From NCBI RefSeq assembly GCF_009914755.1, contig NC_060929.1: 64,000 nucleotides of DNA; one strand, written 5' to 3'. A program made the position numbers and the translations under genes. Below are positions 1 through 17,264 of this stretch, in pieces. Position 1 is the first letter of the stretch. The number at the start of each line of letters is the position of its first letter. The notes beneath the pieces are model-generated. The model saw only the letters and a program-made list of their open reading frames with translations. It ran no database searches and was not told where the DNA came from. Origin of the DNA: the human T2T-CHM13v2.0 reference genome, Homo sapiens.

Positions 1-789
1 TCATTATTCAAACAATGAACACTAAAATGTTTTAAATTAGTTAAAAATAGAAGTATTTTTCACTCAGTAACATTTTCCTTTTCATGTGTGTGAATATATC
101 ACCTCATATATTCCTGATAGAATAACTCAAATTGCCAGAATCTACCTTATCACAGGAACAAGTTGGCTTCAGCATCACAATGGAGTGAGGAAATTACTGT
201 GAATCTAACATTTTAGGCCTGTCTGGAACCAACAGAAAGTCATGTCTTCTCTCTTGGTTCTATTTGGGATCTACTTAGGAAGCAAAGAACTGCTCATGGA
301 TCCAGCATATCCATTTGGGGTTTTGCCTATGAAATAGATTACAGAATATCTTTCTCAGGGACCCAGCAATCTCTGTTTGTCTGTGAACTCCTGAAGGTTC
401 TTTTCTTTTTCTACATCTAATAAATAAGTTATATTTGGCAGGAGGCAGCCTTGCTTTTTCTCATGATGCTTTATTCTGAATCATTTTTATGGGCCAGTAG
501 TCCTTTTTGTTTCCCTAGAGCCTGTATATTTGACAATCAAAAGTCAGGAAAATCTGTTTTGTCCTCTGCTTTCTGCAGCAACATCCTGTCCTTAAGGCAG
601 CAAAAACAGACCTGCCCAGATGCCTGCATGTGAGGAAGGACAATGTGGGAAAAGGGAACTTTGTCATATCCACGATATTTTCCTGTCACTGGGTAGTATC
701 TCTCTATTATTAGCAGTCAAAGCAGCCTGTACATGTGCTATTACAATGTTCATATTTTATTTTAAGTAATATTCTGGCTTATTCATTAT

Positions 790-890
790 CATATTTTAAG
801 TTCTGTGACAGCAGAGACTGCTTTTATTTTCACTGCTTAGCATGTGGTAAATTCTTAATAAATAACTGATGAATTAACACATGAATAAAT
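790..890 (+). mobile_element. L2 LINE 3' end relic
   Basis: Degenerate L2 terminus: cttagcatgtggtaaattcttaataaataactgatgaatt...gaataaat. Confidence 0.45.
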
Positions 891-1436
891 AAGCCAATCA
901 GACCAGTATTGAAGCCTCTTAGTGTAACTTAGTACAAAATCATTATAATATTTGGGAAAAAACCCACAATTTTGAATGAGTTGGACTACTTCAGCTTACA
1001 GTCATACCCCCATTTTCTGTCTCTGGCCCCTGTAGATATTTGGGTCTAGGGTGATTTGTCCTAGTTCTACAATGACATCCAGTGGAATGGAGCGAGAAAC
1101 CATACAGGCCAATGTGGTTCCCACATCAGTAAATATTCTGTTATGTAGATGAGCAGATAGAGATAGTCTTTGTTTTCAGGAGGGCTACAGAGAAGTTAGA
1201 AGAAAGGGTAAATAGTCATAGAAAGAGACTGTTCACTCAAAGGATAGTTAGTAAACCCATCATGTTCCTACAGCTACTCCTATTCCTACAGTTCCTGCTT
1301 TATATAATTATGTGATGCATGTACCCCATGAAACATAGAAGATACACAAATTAATAATTTATGAAGTACATGCTGGAATGACTGCTTTTATGTACATTCC
1401 TAATTTCATAATAATGTCAATGATAACTAACATTAA

Positions 1437-1731
1437 GGCTGGGTGAGGTGGCACATGCCTGTAATACCAGCATTTTGGTAGGCTGAGGCAGGAGGATTGC
1501 CTGAGTCCAGATATTAAAGACCAGCCTGGGCAACATAGCAAGACCCCATCTCTGAAAAAAAAATAGCCAGGCATGGTGGTACATGACTGTAGTCCTAGCT
1601 ACTCTGGAGGCTAAGGCAGGAGGATTATTTAAGCCTGGAAGGTTGAGGCTGCTTTAAGCCATGATCATGCCACTGCACTCAGCCTAGGTGACAGAGTGAG
1701 ATTCTGTCTCAAATAATAGTAATAATAATAA
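1437..1731 (+). mobile_element. Alu, old (AluJ-like), full-length dimer with (TAA)n tail
   Basis: ggctgggtgaggtggcacatgcctgtaatacc...agaccagcctgggcaacatagcaagacccc (J-type)...ctgtctcaaataatagtaataataata. Degenerate TSD ataactaacatt / ataactggcatt. Confidence 0.93.
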
Positions 1732-1993
1732 CTGGCATTTATTGTTTGCTTACTGTCTTTATAATATTCTGGCCACTGCCCTGAACATTTTATGTGCATG
1801 ATCTCATTTAATCCTTTTAAAAATTCTATAGTATATATGCTGTTGTCATATCCACTTTACAGAAAAGAAACTGGGGATCAACGAAGACAAATGACTTTGC
1901 TCAAAGTCATAGAGTTAGTAGAGACTAATCCAGTACTTGAACAAATTATTTGACCACAAAGCCCGTGTATTCCACTACAAAGCCTGGCTGCCT
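1732..1993 (-). mobile_element. MIR SINE
   Basis: Reverse MIR core: atctcatttaatcct...ccactttacagaaaagaaactgggg...tgactttgctcaaagtcatagagttagt. Confidence 0.8.
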
Positions 1994-3034
1994 CTATCAT
2001 ATTACTGAGGAGTAGGCAAATACCCAAATAACAATAATTCAAGGTAACATATGTTACATGCCACCAATATAGGAGGGAAAGACGGCACCTGCTTAGGGAA
2101 GCTTAACTTAGTGAAGGAAAATAAATCACTCCTATTTTCATCATCCTTTTCATGAATCTAGAGGACTTTACATTTTTCTGAAGAATCTGAATTTTCAGTT
2201 TAAAAGTGCCCTTAATATCCCCTTTGTCCTATGGGTTATTGGCTGACATTCTATATACTTAATTTCCTCTCTTCTTTTTTCCTTTGTCATTGCTTTTCCT
2301 ACATAATTTATATAGATCTGAGTAAATCTGAAGGCTGGCTTTCAGCAAAATCCACTGCTTCATGAGGGAAACAGAGGTAAAGAATAAAGTAACTTGAGGT
2401 GCTGCATTGTGGGGATGCAGCCAGCCTCAGGTGTGGCTTCAGTTGGCTGAATTCATCATTCTGATTGAGCCCTGAGTACTAGGAATTATGGTCTTTTTTC
2501 TCTCTTAACATGAACTGAAGAAAAATCCGAGTCAGACACTGCCTCTTAATCAGTCAGTTATCAAGTAGTATTGTAATCACTTTTTATTACTAGTCTTACT
2601 GTGAAAAACTCAGAGAGACTTTTGTATCTTACTCACATCTGACATGTTTGTCTCAAGAAGTGGTTTTCAAGTCATAAGGTCTCCAGACCTGGACAAAGAT
2701 GTGCCAGGCCTCATTTCCTTAGAGATTTGGTGGCTTTTCCCATGAAACTAAATGCATTAACTGGTCCATCTTGTTTCAGAGATCATTAAAAACATTCAAT
2801 TTAGCATCTCCTAAAATCAGCATCAGCATCCTGGAAAGTCTTTGCAATTTATGTGGAATTTCTCATGTGGAGCTCTACACATTTGTAAAGGCATTTGTAG
2901 TCCTGATAATAGTCTACTTGTCAAAGTGTGAATGAAAAGATTATTTGCTGTAAATTCATTCCTGCAGTAGCTGTCAGAGAATGGCATAGTATTACAATGG
3001 GAAGTGCCTTAGGAAACTCTCTAGCCAGTAAGGA

Positions 3035-3230
3035 GGGGTGAAGAGCAAAGTGCTGTAGTCAGACACATTCCAGGTGCAGGAAATGGGGAAAGTACTTAAT
3101 TTTCTGACCTTTAGTTTTCCTATTCATAAAATGGCAATAAATGTTCTTATGCTATAATATTATTGCATTACGTTACATAATATTTCTCACAATACCTGAC
3201 ATATGGCAAACAATCAAAAAGTTTTAGCTG
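3035..3230 (+). mobile_element. MIR SINE
   Basis: agtacttaattttctgacctttagttttcctattcataaaatggcaata...cacaatacctgacatat. Confidence 0.65.
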
Positions 3231-3276
3231 ACTGCTTCAGTGCTATCATCATCATCCTTGTCACTATCATCTAGAC

Positions 3277-3459
3277 CAGGGATCAGCAAACTATAGCAGA
3301 CAGCTGAGTCTGCACCACAACCTGTTTTTATAAATTCAATTGTATTGGGACACAGTCACACTTGGTTGTTTATGTGTTGTGGATGGATGGTTTTTTCCTA
3401 CAATTGTAGAGTTGAATACTTGCTGCAGAGACCTTTACAGAAAAAGTATGCTTACCCTA
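3277..3459 (+). mobile_element. MER58A (hAT-Charlie MITE) with an internal deletion
   Basis: cagggatcagcaaacta...cctgtttttataaat...tattgggacacagtcacac...gagttgaatacttgctgcagagacc|tttacagaaaaagtatgcttacccta. About 40 nt of consensus is missing at the bar. Confidence 0.8.
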
Positions 3460-4324
3460 ATTAGTGGTTCTGAAGACCCTGCGAAATAAAGGAAAAGACA
3501 AGACGCAAACCCTGATTCCTGCCCTTACACATATCATATATTAGAATTTTATTTATGATTATATGAGATGAAAAATGAAAGTAGTAGAAAAGCTGAGTAA
3601 ATTAGGCTAGTGGTTTTGTTTTTTTGGTATAGGAAAATCAAGCCCCTCTGAGATGGTAGGGAGGAGTCAGGAAGAAGGGACAAGGACATGTCAGATAGGT
3701 AAGATTGCCCCAATTAAGACACATTAGCAGAAATGATACAGAATGTCTGTGGCACTACATAGGTGGTTCTCATTTATGGAGTCTTGAGTATGGGGTTGGG
3801 AGCATAAATTTGGAAGATGACATTGGGCAGCTTGGTGACAGCCAGAATCTGCTAGATCCTAGGTGTTATCTTGACGAGCCGGGACTTTGTCTTCTAGGAA
3901 ATTAGAAATTTTAAAGAGTAGAAGATAAAAGTGAAATTCTAAGTTTTTGTTTTGATTTGGATCACAATGAAAGTGAATATGCCGAAATAAATGACAGATA
4001 ATGAAATACAGGCAAGGAGAACAGCTGGGAAGTGGTATCAGTGGTGCATATCATGTGTATTTTTCTAATTGTCACATGCAAATTAGTCAAGTATTGCCAG
4101 GACTGGGAACTTTGGAAAATTCAGGCTGGCTAGAAAGTCAATACAATTTTTCTTTCTGAATTTTGAATTAAATATTTTTAATTTATGCAAATCCAAATCA
4201 AGATAGTTACCATGTCTTATGAAGACTGGATTAAATAAATAGGACAGGCTTTTTTACAGTGACAATGGGAGCACTTCCATATGATTTCATGAATGCTAGG
4301 CCCATGGTAGGAGTAGTAACAACT

Positions 4325-4515
4325 ATTAGTATTTATTTATTGAATGATAAATTGTTAGTGAGTAACTTTACAAGCATTAGCTCTTATAATGCAACAACTT
4401 TTGAGATACACACTGTTATCATTTATGTTTTACAGGTAAGGACACATATTGGAGTAATATGCCCAAAGTTACATGGGCAGTAAATAGCAGAGCTAAGATT
4501 CAGATGTAACTCTTG
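4325..4515 (-). mobile_element. MIR SINE
   Basis: gttttacaggtaaggacac...gcccaaagttacatgggcagtaaatagcagagctaagattc. Confidence 0.7.
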
Positions 4516-4844
4516 TCTCTCCCCTCTATAGAATGCATGATTCATGAATGCACAATGCTTTATTTTCTTCTGTTCTTCAAGGAATGAACAGCATGCAGTG
4601 GACTCTGAATAAATATTTGCTTTATAAAGAATGAAAATGTTAATGGATTATTTGAAATTTTATGTCCATAACCACTATGATGTAGCACCTGCTCAGTAGT
4701 ATAAAATTTTAGCAGTGTTTGTCAATTACTTGAAACAGAACCAGATATTTTCCCTATGCCTGTAATTGTGTCAAATACCATTCAGTTCATCTAAAATATA
4801 TTTCTTCAGTCTTTTTTTTGCTATTAATGCAATATATTTATATT

Positions 4845-5020
4845 ACTTTTTATAAGTAACCAATAACTTTACTGTGCATAATCTAATTTAATCTTCATGA
4901 TAACTTTATAAGGAATTTGTGCAATTTTACACATGAAGAACCTGATATTTAGTGAGGTTACCTGCCCAAGGTTGCATGATAAAAAATTGAGGTCTTCTGA
5001 ATTCAAGTTTTTGTAGTTTA
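4845..5020 (-). mobile_element. MIR SINE
   Basis: atttaatcttcatgataac...attttacacatgaagaacctga...gaggttacctgcccaaggtt. Confidence 0.65.
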
Positions 5021-5149
5021 CATTTTATCAGAACTGCTACTCTTGTATGACAAAAACTTGGAGCTGGAATGGATGCTAAAGAAAAAAAGGAATAGTTTTT
5101 CACTTCTATCAAAGTATTATGTGTTTGTATACTATAAGTATGAGAGTAC

Positions 5150-5280
5150 ACTATAAGTATACATATACATAATACTTACACACATATGTGAGTATATAAA
5201 AATATAAATATATGAAATATATAAATACATATAAATATATGAAATATATGTGAATATATGTGTGTAAGTATATGTGTGTT
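5150..5280. repeat. Degenerate (TA/TG)n low-complexity tract
   Basis: Runs of atatat, acac and gtgt seen directly. Confidence 0.8.
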
Positions 5281-5770
5281 AACAATGCACAAACCATAAT
5301 TTTCACATACCCATGTCACCAGCACCAATAATAATGATATTATTAGTGCCACAGGATCTCTTATGCTTCATTCAAACCACTAACCTCTCCCTGGAGGATA
5401 CAGTACCCTGACTTCTAATAGAATGGATTGGCTTTACCCTGGTTTGCACCTTGTATAAATTCAAGCAGACAATGTGTATTCTTTTGTGTCTTAGTATTTT
5501 TACTCAATAATATTTAAGAAATTCACCAATATTTTGTGTCATTATAATTTATTTTCATGGCTTTAGCATATTTCATTATTGACTATATCATCATTTTGTT
5601 TTACAAGTCTATTATACCATTGAATGACACTGGGGCAGTTTTGAGGTTGAAATTTCAAACAATTTAGCCTTCAAATAGTGCTACTCTGAAGATTCTTGTA
5701 CAGTGTCTTCTGGTAAGCATACATGGGCATTTCTGTTGCATGTATAATTAGCCATGGGATTGCTGGGCTT
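5281..5770 (-). mobile_element. Ancient L1M (L1ME-like) 3' region
   Basis: ccctgacttctaata...ccttgtataaat...aatgtgtattcttttgtgtc...aatagtgctactctgaagattcttgtac...catttctgttgcatgtata...gggattgctggg. Confidence 0.7.
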
Positions 5771-6749
5771 TGCTACAGAGATTTGTACAGTTATTTATTT
5801 TTTATATTTATAATTTTCTGTATTCTTATTTACTGGTTTGGGCTTAAGTACAATAGAATTAGGAATGACGAAAAACATATTTGGACGAAACAGAAGATGA
5901 TCAAATGGTAGAAGCTCTGAGAAGTGATCAGGATACCCCATTTACTACTTCTAGCTTATTGGACACTCGGAACAGCAATATAACTGCCTCCCAGAGACCA
6001 CCTAAATGATTTTACTTTCGTCTCCCACCCAAAGATTAGCTACAGTTTTTGTACCAGGAGTGTTGAAAGGCTGTTGCTCTAGAGAGTTACAGAATATCTT
6101 AAGGACTCATATACTCGGCCATCCAGGATCTTGATATTAATTGCAAAATTTTTGCCTTTATACTAGTAAAACATAAAGGGAAGAAATTGCAGAGAAATAT
6201 GAAACATTTCTTTCCCCTTTCCCTGTAATGGACATAATCTTCTCTTTTGTACAAATAGATATTTTCATAATGACTTTATATATCTGACTTCTCAATTCTG
6301 TTACATATTAGAATAGTTCTGTCAAGGGCTGGTACAATCTTAGCTGAAGACTAGCCTTAGGACTACATAAAAATGTATATAGACTGGGAAATAGATAATT
6401 TCTGTTAGTATTTTATATGTAAACATCTAGATAATTTAGAATTTTTAAAGTAGCCAGGGTTTATCAAATGTCTGGTCCTGGCTACTTTGCCAATCTGAAA
6501 TGGAAGTCACTTGTACAACGGTAAGTTACACATTTGCCCCAGTCTTTAATATTAGGGAGACTGAAATGTCAAGGACTAGAAGAGATATGTATAAAACATT
6601 GAAATGGTGGTTGACATTTATAAAACTTGGTGAAAATTTTTTCTATCTGAGCCAGGTATGGGCAAAGGCCCTATTTCACTCCAATATTATGAATATCCTA
6701 TATAATTATCTAATAATTATCCATATTTTTATTATATTATCTGTGATAA

Positions 6750-6874
6750 TTTTTTTAAGAGACTGGGTCTCACCATGTTGCCAAGCCTAGTTTCAAATTT
6801 CTGAGCCTCAAGTGAGACCCCCATCTTGGCCTCCCAAAGAGCTGGTATTACAGGTGGAGCTACCACACCAGGTC
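6750..6874 (-). mobile_element. Alu left-arm monomer (FLAM-like)
   Basis: ttttttaagagactgggtctcaccatgttgccaagcc...cttggcctcccaaagagctggtattacagg...accacaccaggtc. Only one arm is present. Confidence 0.85.
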
Positions 6875-7234
6875 AAGATTTTTAAAAGAGGTAGAAAAAC
6901 AGGTAAGTATCTTGTTTGAAGATGGTAGATTGAAACAGGGCTATCTTTTCTCTCTTTCTATTATATAAACTTTTGAAGCCATGGATATTAAGCCAGACTC
7001 GTTTCAAAAAGAGAAAGTGATGGAAAAATCAAATTGTTATCTGATCTCTACAGTAAGTCAGTCATTTTATAAAAAAGTATTTTACTTGATTGGAAGAGTA
7101 GTTGGGAAGATTAACAACCATATGTAAGATATGGTCTTAGATTAGATACTGGCTTAGATAAAGAAGTTACAAAGGATATTTGGTATCGATAAGGGGAAAA
7201 TAGGAAGTAAATCTAAATATATATATAACAGTGT

Positions 7235-7500
7235 GTACAATATGGCCTCACTTTAGTAAAAAACAACTGTGCACATGTGTAAATGTGTGTGTACCTGAGC
7301 ATGCTAGAATAGAGAAAATCCAGAAACATATGAGCTGAAGATATTATCAGTTGAGATCTGCGTTGGTAGATACGCAAGGTTTTTATCATTATTATTATTG
7401 TTTTTAACAATGTCACTTGTCTTTATTTTCAACATTTCTACCATGGGCAAATTCTGATTGTGTGTTAATGAAAATGATTATTTTAAATATAAATAAATAC
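7235..7500 (+). mobile_element. Ancient L1ME-type 3' end relic
   Basis: Degenerate similarity, ending ttttcaacatttctaccatgggcaaattctgattgtg...aaaatgatta. Confidence 0.4.
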
Positions 7501-7569
7501 ATAAGGATATTTTAGATTAAGGTATTCAGCACCACAAATTACTTGATGGTTGATTAGTGCAAATAGACT

Positions 7570-7845
7570 AATAATAACAGTGGCAATTAAAAACAACATT
7601 AATTCACATTAAGTATGCCAAACGCTGTGATAAGTTTTGTAGAAACATCATGTCAGTTGATCCTCATTAAATCCCTATGAAGCAGGTACTATTATTATTT
7701 ACATTTTATAGATGAGGAAACTGAAGATCACAGAGGTTTACCAAGTTGCCCAGGGACATAGCTAGCAAATGATGGGACATAAGACAAAGCCTAGATCTGT
7801 CTGAATGCAAATAACTTTTACTTAATTACCATATACACTGCCTCT
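7570..7845 (-). mobile_element. MIR SINE, near full-length
   Basis: ccctatgaagcaggtactattattatttacattttatagatgaggaaactgaagatcacagaggtttaccaagttgcccagggacatagctag. Confidence 0.9.
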
Positions 7846-8721
7846 TATTATGCTATTACCAACATCATCATTATCTCATTAGCAACTCCATGATGGTTTC
7901 TCTATTCTGCTAGATACGGAGATCATTCCACAAATTATCAGTGTCTGTTACATTAAAAAAAAAAACAACCTGCTAAGTTCTTGAATACAGAAAATTGGAA
8001 AGTAGGAATAAAAACGTTTTAATAAGTGGCTGAACATGGATTCAAAGAGTTCATAATGTAGTAAGATTGTTACCCTGTAGAAAAGTAATTTGAATGTATT
8101 TATTTTTAAGAAGTCAATTTTAGTGCAGAGAAAAAACAAAAATAAAATGAAAACATTTTCTGTAGCATATGACTAGCCTAATAAACTAAGGTAGAACACT
8201 TAACATTATTTTATATAGATCTTTATATAAATACTGGTAGATACTTATTGAAGAATAAATGTGTAGATAGAAATTTCTTAATATTTTTGATGGATAAGAA
8301 AAAATTACTAAGTCTTAATTAAATACCTTCATAAACGTGCCTTAGATACACTTAAGAAAATTTCAGATATCCCCTTTTGGTTGAAAAGAATTGTTCCAAG
8401 AGACACATTTTGCAGAATCACATATATTTCATGTATGTGCCTAATTTCAATTTAAAGTTCACTGGAATTTATATTGCAATTAAATGTAATTGAACAAAAT
8501 AAAAAGTATACAAAAAACCAGCAGAGTAAATAGCTCAAGAAAAGAAAGATTCCTATTGGATGTTTTTCTTTAAAATGACACTAATATGTCAGACTCTTCC
8601 AGAGAAATAAGGAGATTTTACTGATGTAATTGAAATTATTGGTATAAGGACAATTAAGAAATAATAGAAAAGTATTTCAAGAGTGGACAGAACTAATCAG
8701 TTGGTATATGGACTGCCTTGA

Positions 8722-8883
8722 CTGGAGATTTTAGGTAGGCACAATAAAAATTAAAAAAAAAAAAAAAATTCTGGAAACCCTTAGACCTATTTTGAACATT
8801 GACATTTGGGCTATAGTAATTTTTATTGATTGCATGGAGACAGGGAGAAAAAGAGACAAAAGTTTAAATTTAGGTTGCAATTT
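8722..8883 (+). repeat. Copy A of a ~160-bp diverged direct repeat (copy B at 10387-10546)
   Basis: Shared blocks ctggagattttagg, cctattttgaac, tgcatggagaca, aaagagacaaaagttta and caattt occur in the same order and spacing. Confidence 0.9.
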
Positions 8884-8929
8884 AATAAATTCTATTCATA
8901 CTTTAATTTTTTCCCACTGCCACTTCAAA

Positions 8930-9730
<801 letters not shown>

Positions 9731-10379
9731 TTTTGTTTTTAATTTGATAAATAATATTGCATGTATTTATCATGTATAACATGATGTTTTCAGGTACATA
9801 TACATCATTAGATGGTTAACTCTAGCTAATTAACAAATGCATTATCTCATACAGTTATCTTTTTGTGGTGAGAGCACTCAACATCTACTCTCTTTGCATT
9901 TCTCGAGAGTACAATATATTAACTATAGTCACTCTGTGATATAATAAATCTCTTAAATTTATTTCTTCTGCCTAACTGCCATTGTGTGTCCTTTGGCCAT
10001 TTCCTCATCTCCACTCCCCACCCCAGTTTCTGGTAACTACTATTGTATTCTCTACTTCTATAAGATCAACATTTAAAATTTCCCCATGAGTGAGATCATG
10101 CTGTATTTGTTTTTCTGTGCCTGGCTTATGTCATTTAACAAAATGTCCTCCAGGTTCATTCATGTGGTCACAAATTACAGTATTTTCTTACTTTTTACTT
10201 TTTAAGGCAGAATAGTATTCCATCCTGTACATATACACCACATTTTATTTATCCATTCATTTGTTGATGTACATTTAGGTCGATTCTATATCTTGGGTAT
10301 TGTAAATAGTGCTCCAATAAAAATGGGGTGTAGACATCTCTTCAAAATATTGATTTCATTTTCTTTGGATATACACCCA
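9731..10379 (-). mobile_element. L1MA6/7-like 3' end (non-inverted segment of a twin-primed insertion)
   Basis: T-rich tail, then L1MA 3'UTR (ctagctaattaacaaatgcattatctcatacagttatctttttgtggtgagagcactcaacatctactctc) up to tttggatatacaccca. Confidence 0.85.
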
Positions 10380-10386
10380 CTTCACT

Positions 10387-10546
10387 CTGGAGATTTTAGG
10401 GAGGAAAAATTTAAAAATAACAATAAATAATTTTGGAAATCTTCACTCCTATTTTGAACTACTGGGATTTGGAATCTAGGTACTTTTACTGAATGCATGG
10501 AGACAAGGAGACAAAGAGACAAAAGTTTACTTTTAGAGTACAATTT
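10387..10546 (+). repeat. Copy B of the ~160-bp direct repeat, at the L1 inversion junction
   Basis: Matches 8722-8883. Flanked on both sides by L1 segments of opposite orientation. Confidence 0.9.
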
Positions 10547-10549
10547 CTT

Positions 10550-11125
10550 AACTACTAGAAAAAATCATAAGGGAAAAGCTTCATGACATTGCTCTGGGTA
10601 AGGATTTTTTTTTTTAATAAGACTTTAAAAGCATAGGCAAAAAAAGTAAAAAATGGACAAAGGGAATTATATCAAGCTGAAAGGCTTCTGCACAACAAAG
10701 AAAACAATCAATATAGTGAAGAAACAACCTACAGTATTTGCAAACTATATATCTGATAAGAGGCTGATATCCCAAGTATATACATAACTCAAAAACCTCA
10801 ATAGCAAATAGATGGATAACCTGATAATAAAATGAGCAATAGACCTGAATAGACATTTTTCAGAGAAGACATAAAAATGGCCAATAGGTAAATGAAAAAA
10901 GTTCAACATTAATAATCATCAGGGAAATGCAAATCAAAACCAAAATGAGATATCATCTCATTCCATTTAGAATGGCTATTATCAAAAAGACAAAAGTTAA
11001 TAAGTGCTGGCAAGGATGTGGAGAAAAGAGAATCCTTACACAGTTTGGTAGGAATGTAAGTGAGTACAGACATTATGGAAAACCATATAGAGGTTTCTCA
11101 AGAAATTAAAAATAGAACTACCATA
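10550..11125 (+). mobile_element. L1MA ORF2 C-terminal segment (inverted segment of the same insertion)
   Basis: Encodes MQIKTKMRYHLIPFRMAIIKK...CWQGCG. Ends at atagaactaccata, about 20 nt before the consensus point where the minus-strand segment starts. Confidence 0.85.
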
Positions 11126-11149
11126 CAAAAACACTGTTCTAATTAAAAG

Positions 11150-14035
<2,886 letters not shown>

Positions 14036-14754
14036 CAAAACCTTACCCCCCCAAAAAATAGTTTCAAATATTTTCCATTACACTAGTAGTATACTGTGAA
14101 TTTACTGGTGGTAGTAATTTTCTGAAAGGGCAAGGTCGGTTTCAACAGAGAAAACAAACAGTTCGCCCTTTCTTCAGAATTTTGTACATGCAACAAAAGA
14201 AAGGTACCTGAAAAAATGAAGGCGCTAGAATTTTTAAAAATAAAAAAAATTGTCTTCTTGTGGGACAGAGGTACCCTTTTTCACTAACTTTCCTACCAGA
14301 CTGAGAAAATTACCAAAGAAGTTTCTAATATAGCTGGGATAAATTATTGGGCATTTTAGAGTTATGGTTATCTCAGAGCAGGTCTGTGCCCTAGGAATGA
14401 GCAGTGGAGATAGTTAATCTACTCATTTCTTGTGTGTAGATAGCATTCCAGAAGCTAATCATGCCCTCAGCTGTCACCTGTAGGAAAGAGATAGACTATA
14501 TCCACTACATTTGTATTCAGCCTCCTAGGCTGTTTAAATTTTTTTTTTTAAGTTAAAGGCATTCCCTATTCTATAGAAAATTATGTTTACAGTAAAGCAG
14601 AGGATTTAATGCTGCTCATTTTCTCCTAAAGACCCCCAGAAATAGTCTTTTTGCCACCACTATGGCAATCAGTTCATGCATTTTATGAGCAAATGCAATG
14701 CTCTGGTTTTGCAGAATCAGAAAATCACAGACATTTTCTCTGATGAAACACGGA

Positions 14755-14950
14755 CAGTGAAGACAGTGTAAGTGCAAACTCTGGATTCAGAATTCAGAAC
14801 CCGGCCCCATCGGCTTACCTGCTGTGGGATCTTGGGAAAGTTCTTTAATCTTGCACTCTTTCTCTTCATCATAAAATTGGGATAATAAGAGCATCTATTT
14901 CATAGGATTGTTTTAAGGGTTAAATGAGTTTAGAAGCACTTAGAGTAGTA
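14755..14950 (+). mobile_element. MIR SINE
   Basis: gctgtgggatcttgggaaagttctttaatct...aaaattgggataataagagcatctatttcataggattgttttaagggttaaatgag. Confidence 0.85.
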
Positions 14951-17264
14951 AATAACAAACAGTATGTTTTCTCAAAACATGAAACATTATTTTCACAAAC
15001 ATTCATGTCCACTAATACATAGCATTTTAACGAGTAAATATACAATCATTGACTTTGCCATTTAATATCCCTATTTTATGAATTTCCTTGTAATTAGATT
15101 AACTCCGTTTGATTTATTAGTTATATTCGCCTTGTGGTATATCAGAATTAATCAGAAACAAAGTACTCAAATTGCAAAAATAATTGTGTTTCCTTTTTTA
15201 GCTCTTTTATCTATTTTATTATATATATTCTCCTTGGTTTCTTTTCAAACACACAAACAGAAATAAAGTAATCTTAATCAAGAGAGCCCTCTAGACAGTC
15301 TATCTGAAAAATGTTCCTTTTGTCCAAAATATTAGTAAATTAATAGTGCCATGACAATAAAATATTACCATAACAGTAGTCAATGTAATATTTTCAGTGA
15401 GTCACTTTACCTTAATCTTGTAGAATAATATAAACTCCAGTTACAAAAAATCAAAATTTTCTCTCATTGAAGACAGAGAACTTGCCAAAAATATTATCTT
15501 AAAAACCATTGGTTAGACATAAGGTAATGGGGATGTGGATAAACTTCATCTACCTGAAACATTAATCTATGAACATTTGTTCTATAGGCACACCACTTTA
15601 GTAAATTATTATACAATGTTAATTTACATAAAAAGCTGTATATTTAGTAATCGTGTGTATTTCAGAATTTATTAGGTTTCCATCTTTATACTTGAGAAAA
15701 AGATTACAAGTTTTCTCCTAACAGGCCAGATATAGTAGAGTTTTAGGAAGGATGCCTCAACAGAGTTTTTGAGCTGAACACTCCTGGTGAGTCAATAAGA
15801 GTACATGTTTTGTCTGTAACCCAGTTATACAGTGAGGGCATATAAAGTGGAGGACTAGGCAAATGTCTGTAAGTTTTATAAATTTAGACAAGTAATAGGT
15901 TTTCTCAACTAAAAGATTTGTCTACAGATTACTAAAACTGTTTTTTTCAATGTTTGGATCACTTTGCCTTGTTAGTTCAGTTTACATGAGTTACATTAAA
16001 TAGACTGGGATAGACTCAGCCAGATCCTATCAACCATATTAACTGGACATTGACCAGTATCAACAATTATACTGACCTCCACCACATATTTCCACTGGGT
16101 TGTGCTCTAGTAATCTAACCTAAAATAAAAATAATAAGAGCCAGACACAATACATTGTCATCTCCTTCCCCATGTATGATTTAAAAGAGAAAGAATGAGA
16201 AAATATTTAAGAATCCCACAGTTACTATAGCCAGGTATGAGGTTTAGGAGACATAAAGAATGATCCCATAAGTAGAATCTGAGGCTTTCATGCTATTTTC
16301 TCCCCCTCACAGGAAAAGATGGCACTAAAAAGATTCTATCCATTGTTCTTAAGCTATGAGTATGTTCTTAAGCTGAATCCATAAGACAGGCTGTCTCTCT
16401 CCTCATTGTGCCCAGTGGAAGGGAACATATATTGTGTGGAAATGCTGAAAGTCTCTTTGATGAGAAATTATGCCTTCTTACTCTTTCTGCTTTGTAAGCA
16501 TTCATATAAATTATATATGTAAAATACCTTGTATACTGGAAATTGCTGAACGAAAGCAGTGAATATATAAAGTGAAAGACCAACAAATTCTGCCCTAAGG
16601 ACAGTAAAACAAAGGGTAAGAACATTCCTCTCACTTTTCTGGAAAAGTCTCTCCTTAGTCCATATAAGGAGTTAGTATCTGTGCTAAATACCCTTTTATT
16701 GACCATCCCCCCTTGCCATATGCGGGCCTAGAACTGTTTATATAATTGAAAATTCCCACCTTTAGACAGACAACTAGGAGTGATTCTGTTAACTTGCTTG
16801 GTCTGAATTTAGTAAGCGCTGGTGAAAAAATATTTTTTAATGTGGATCCCTTGGAACACTGGGGAATTGTAACTAGGTTTTACTTTTATATTGGGAGATG
16901 CCAATGTAACAGATTAAACATGTTAATTTACTTCTGAAGATACGCAAAACCATTGTTCACAACCAGTGTCATAGTCACATTATGTACTTGCTGAGGCTTG
17001 ACCAGACAGAGGAGCATAAACCAAGCTCATCCAAAGACAAACTGGAAGAAGGGAATAGAATTGCTAAAAGACTTTTGAGTCATCTTCAGCAGCTTCTCCC
17101 TTGTGTTCAGCTGGAAGAAGTCCAAATCCTATTGCAATAAACTCACACATAAACATGAAACCCAAGCAGATGAGAAGATGCCTTTAATTCCTGAGAAGTT
17201 GTGCTGACAACTCACAATGATGCAATGCTTGGCAGCGAACTCTGAAGACATCTCTAAGTACTAG

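Noticed and set aside
2044-2057. Perfect 14-bp palindrome gtaacatatgttac
   Set aside because: A few palindromes of this length are expected by chance in 64 kb.
5790-6170. Unique-looking stretch with a few CpGs, considered as an exon or processed pseudogene
   Set aside because: No recognisable protein similarity, splice-site pair, or polyA/TSD.
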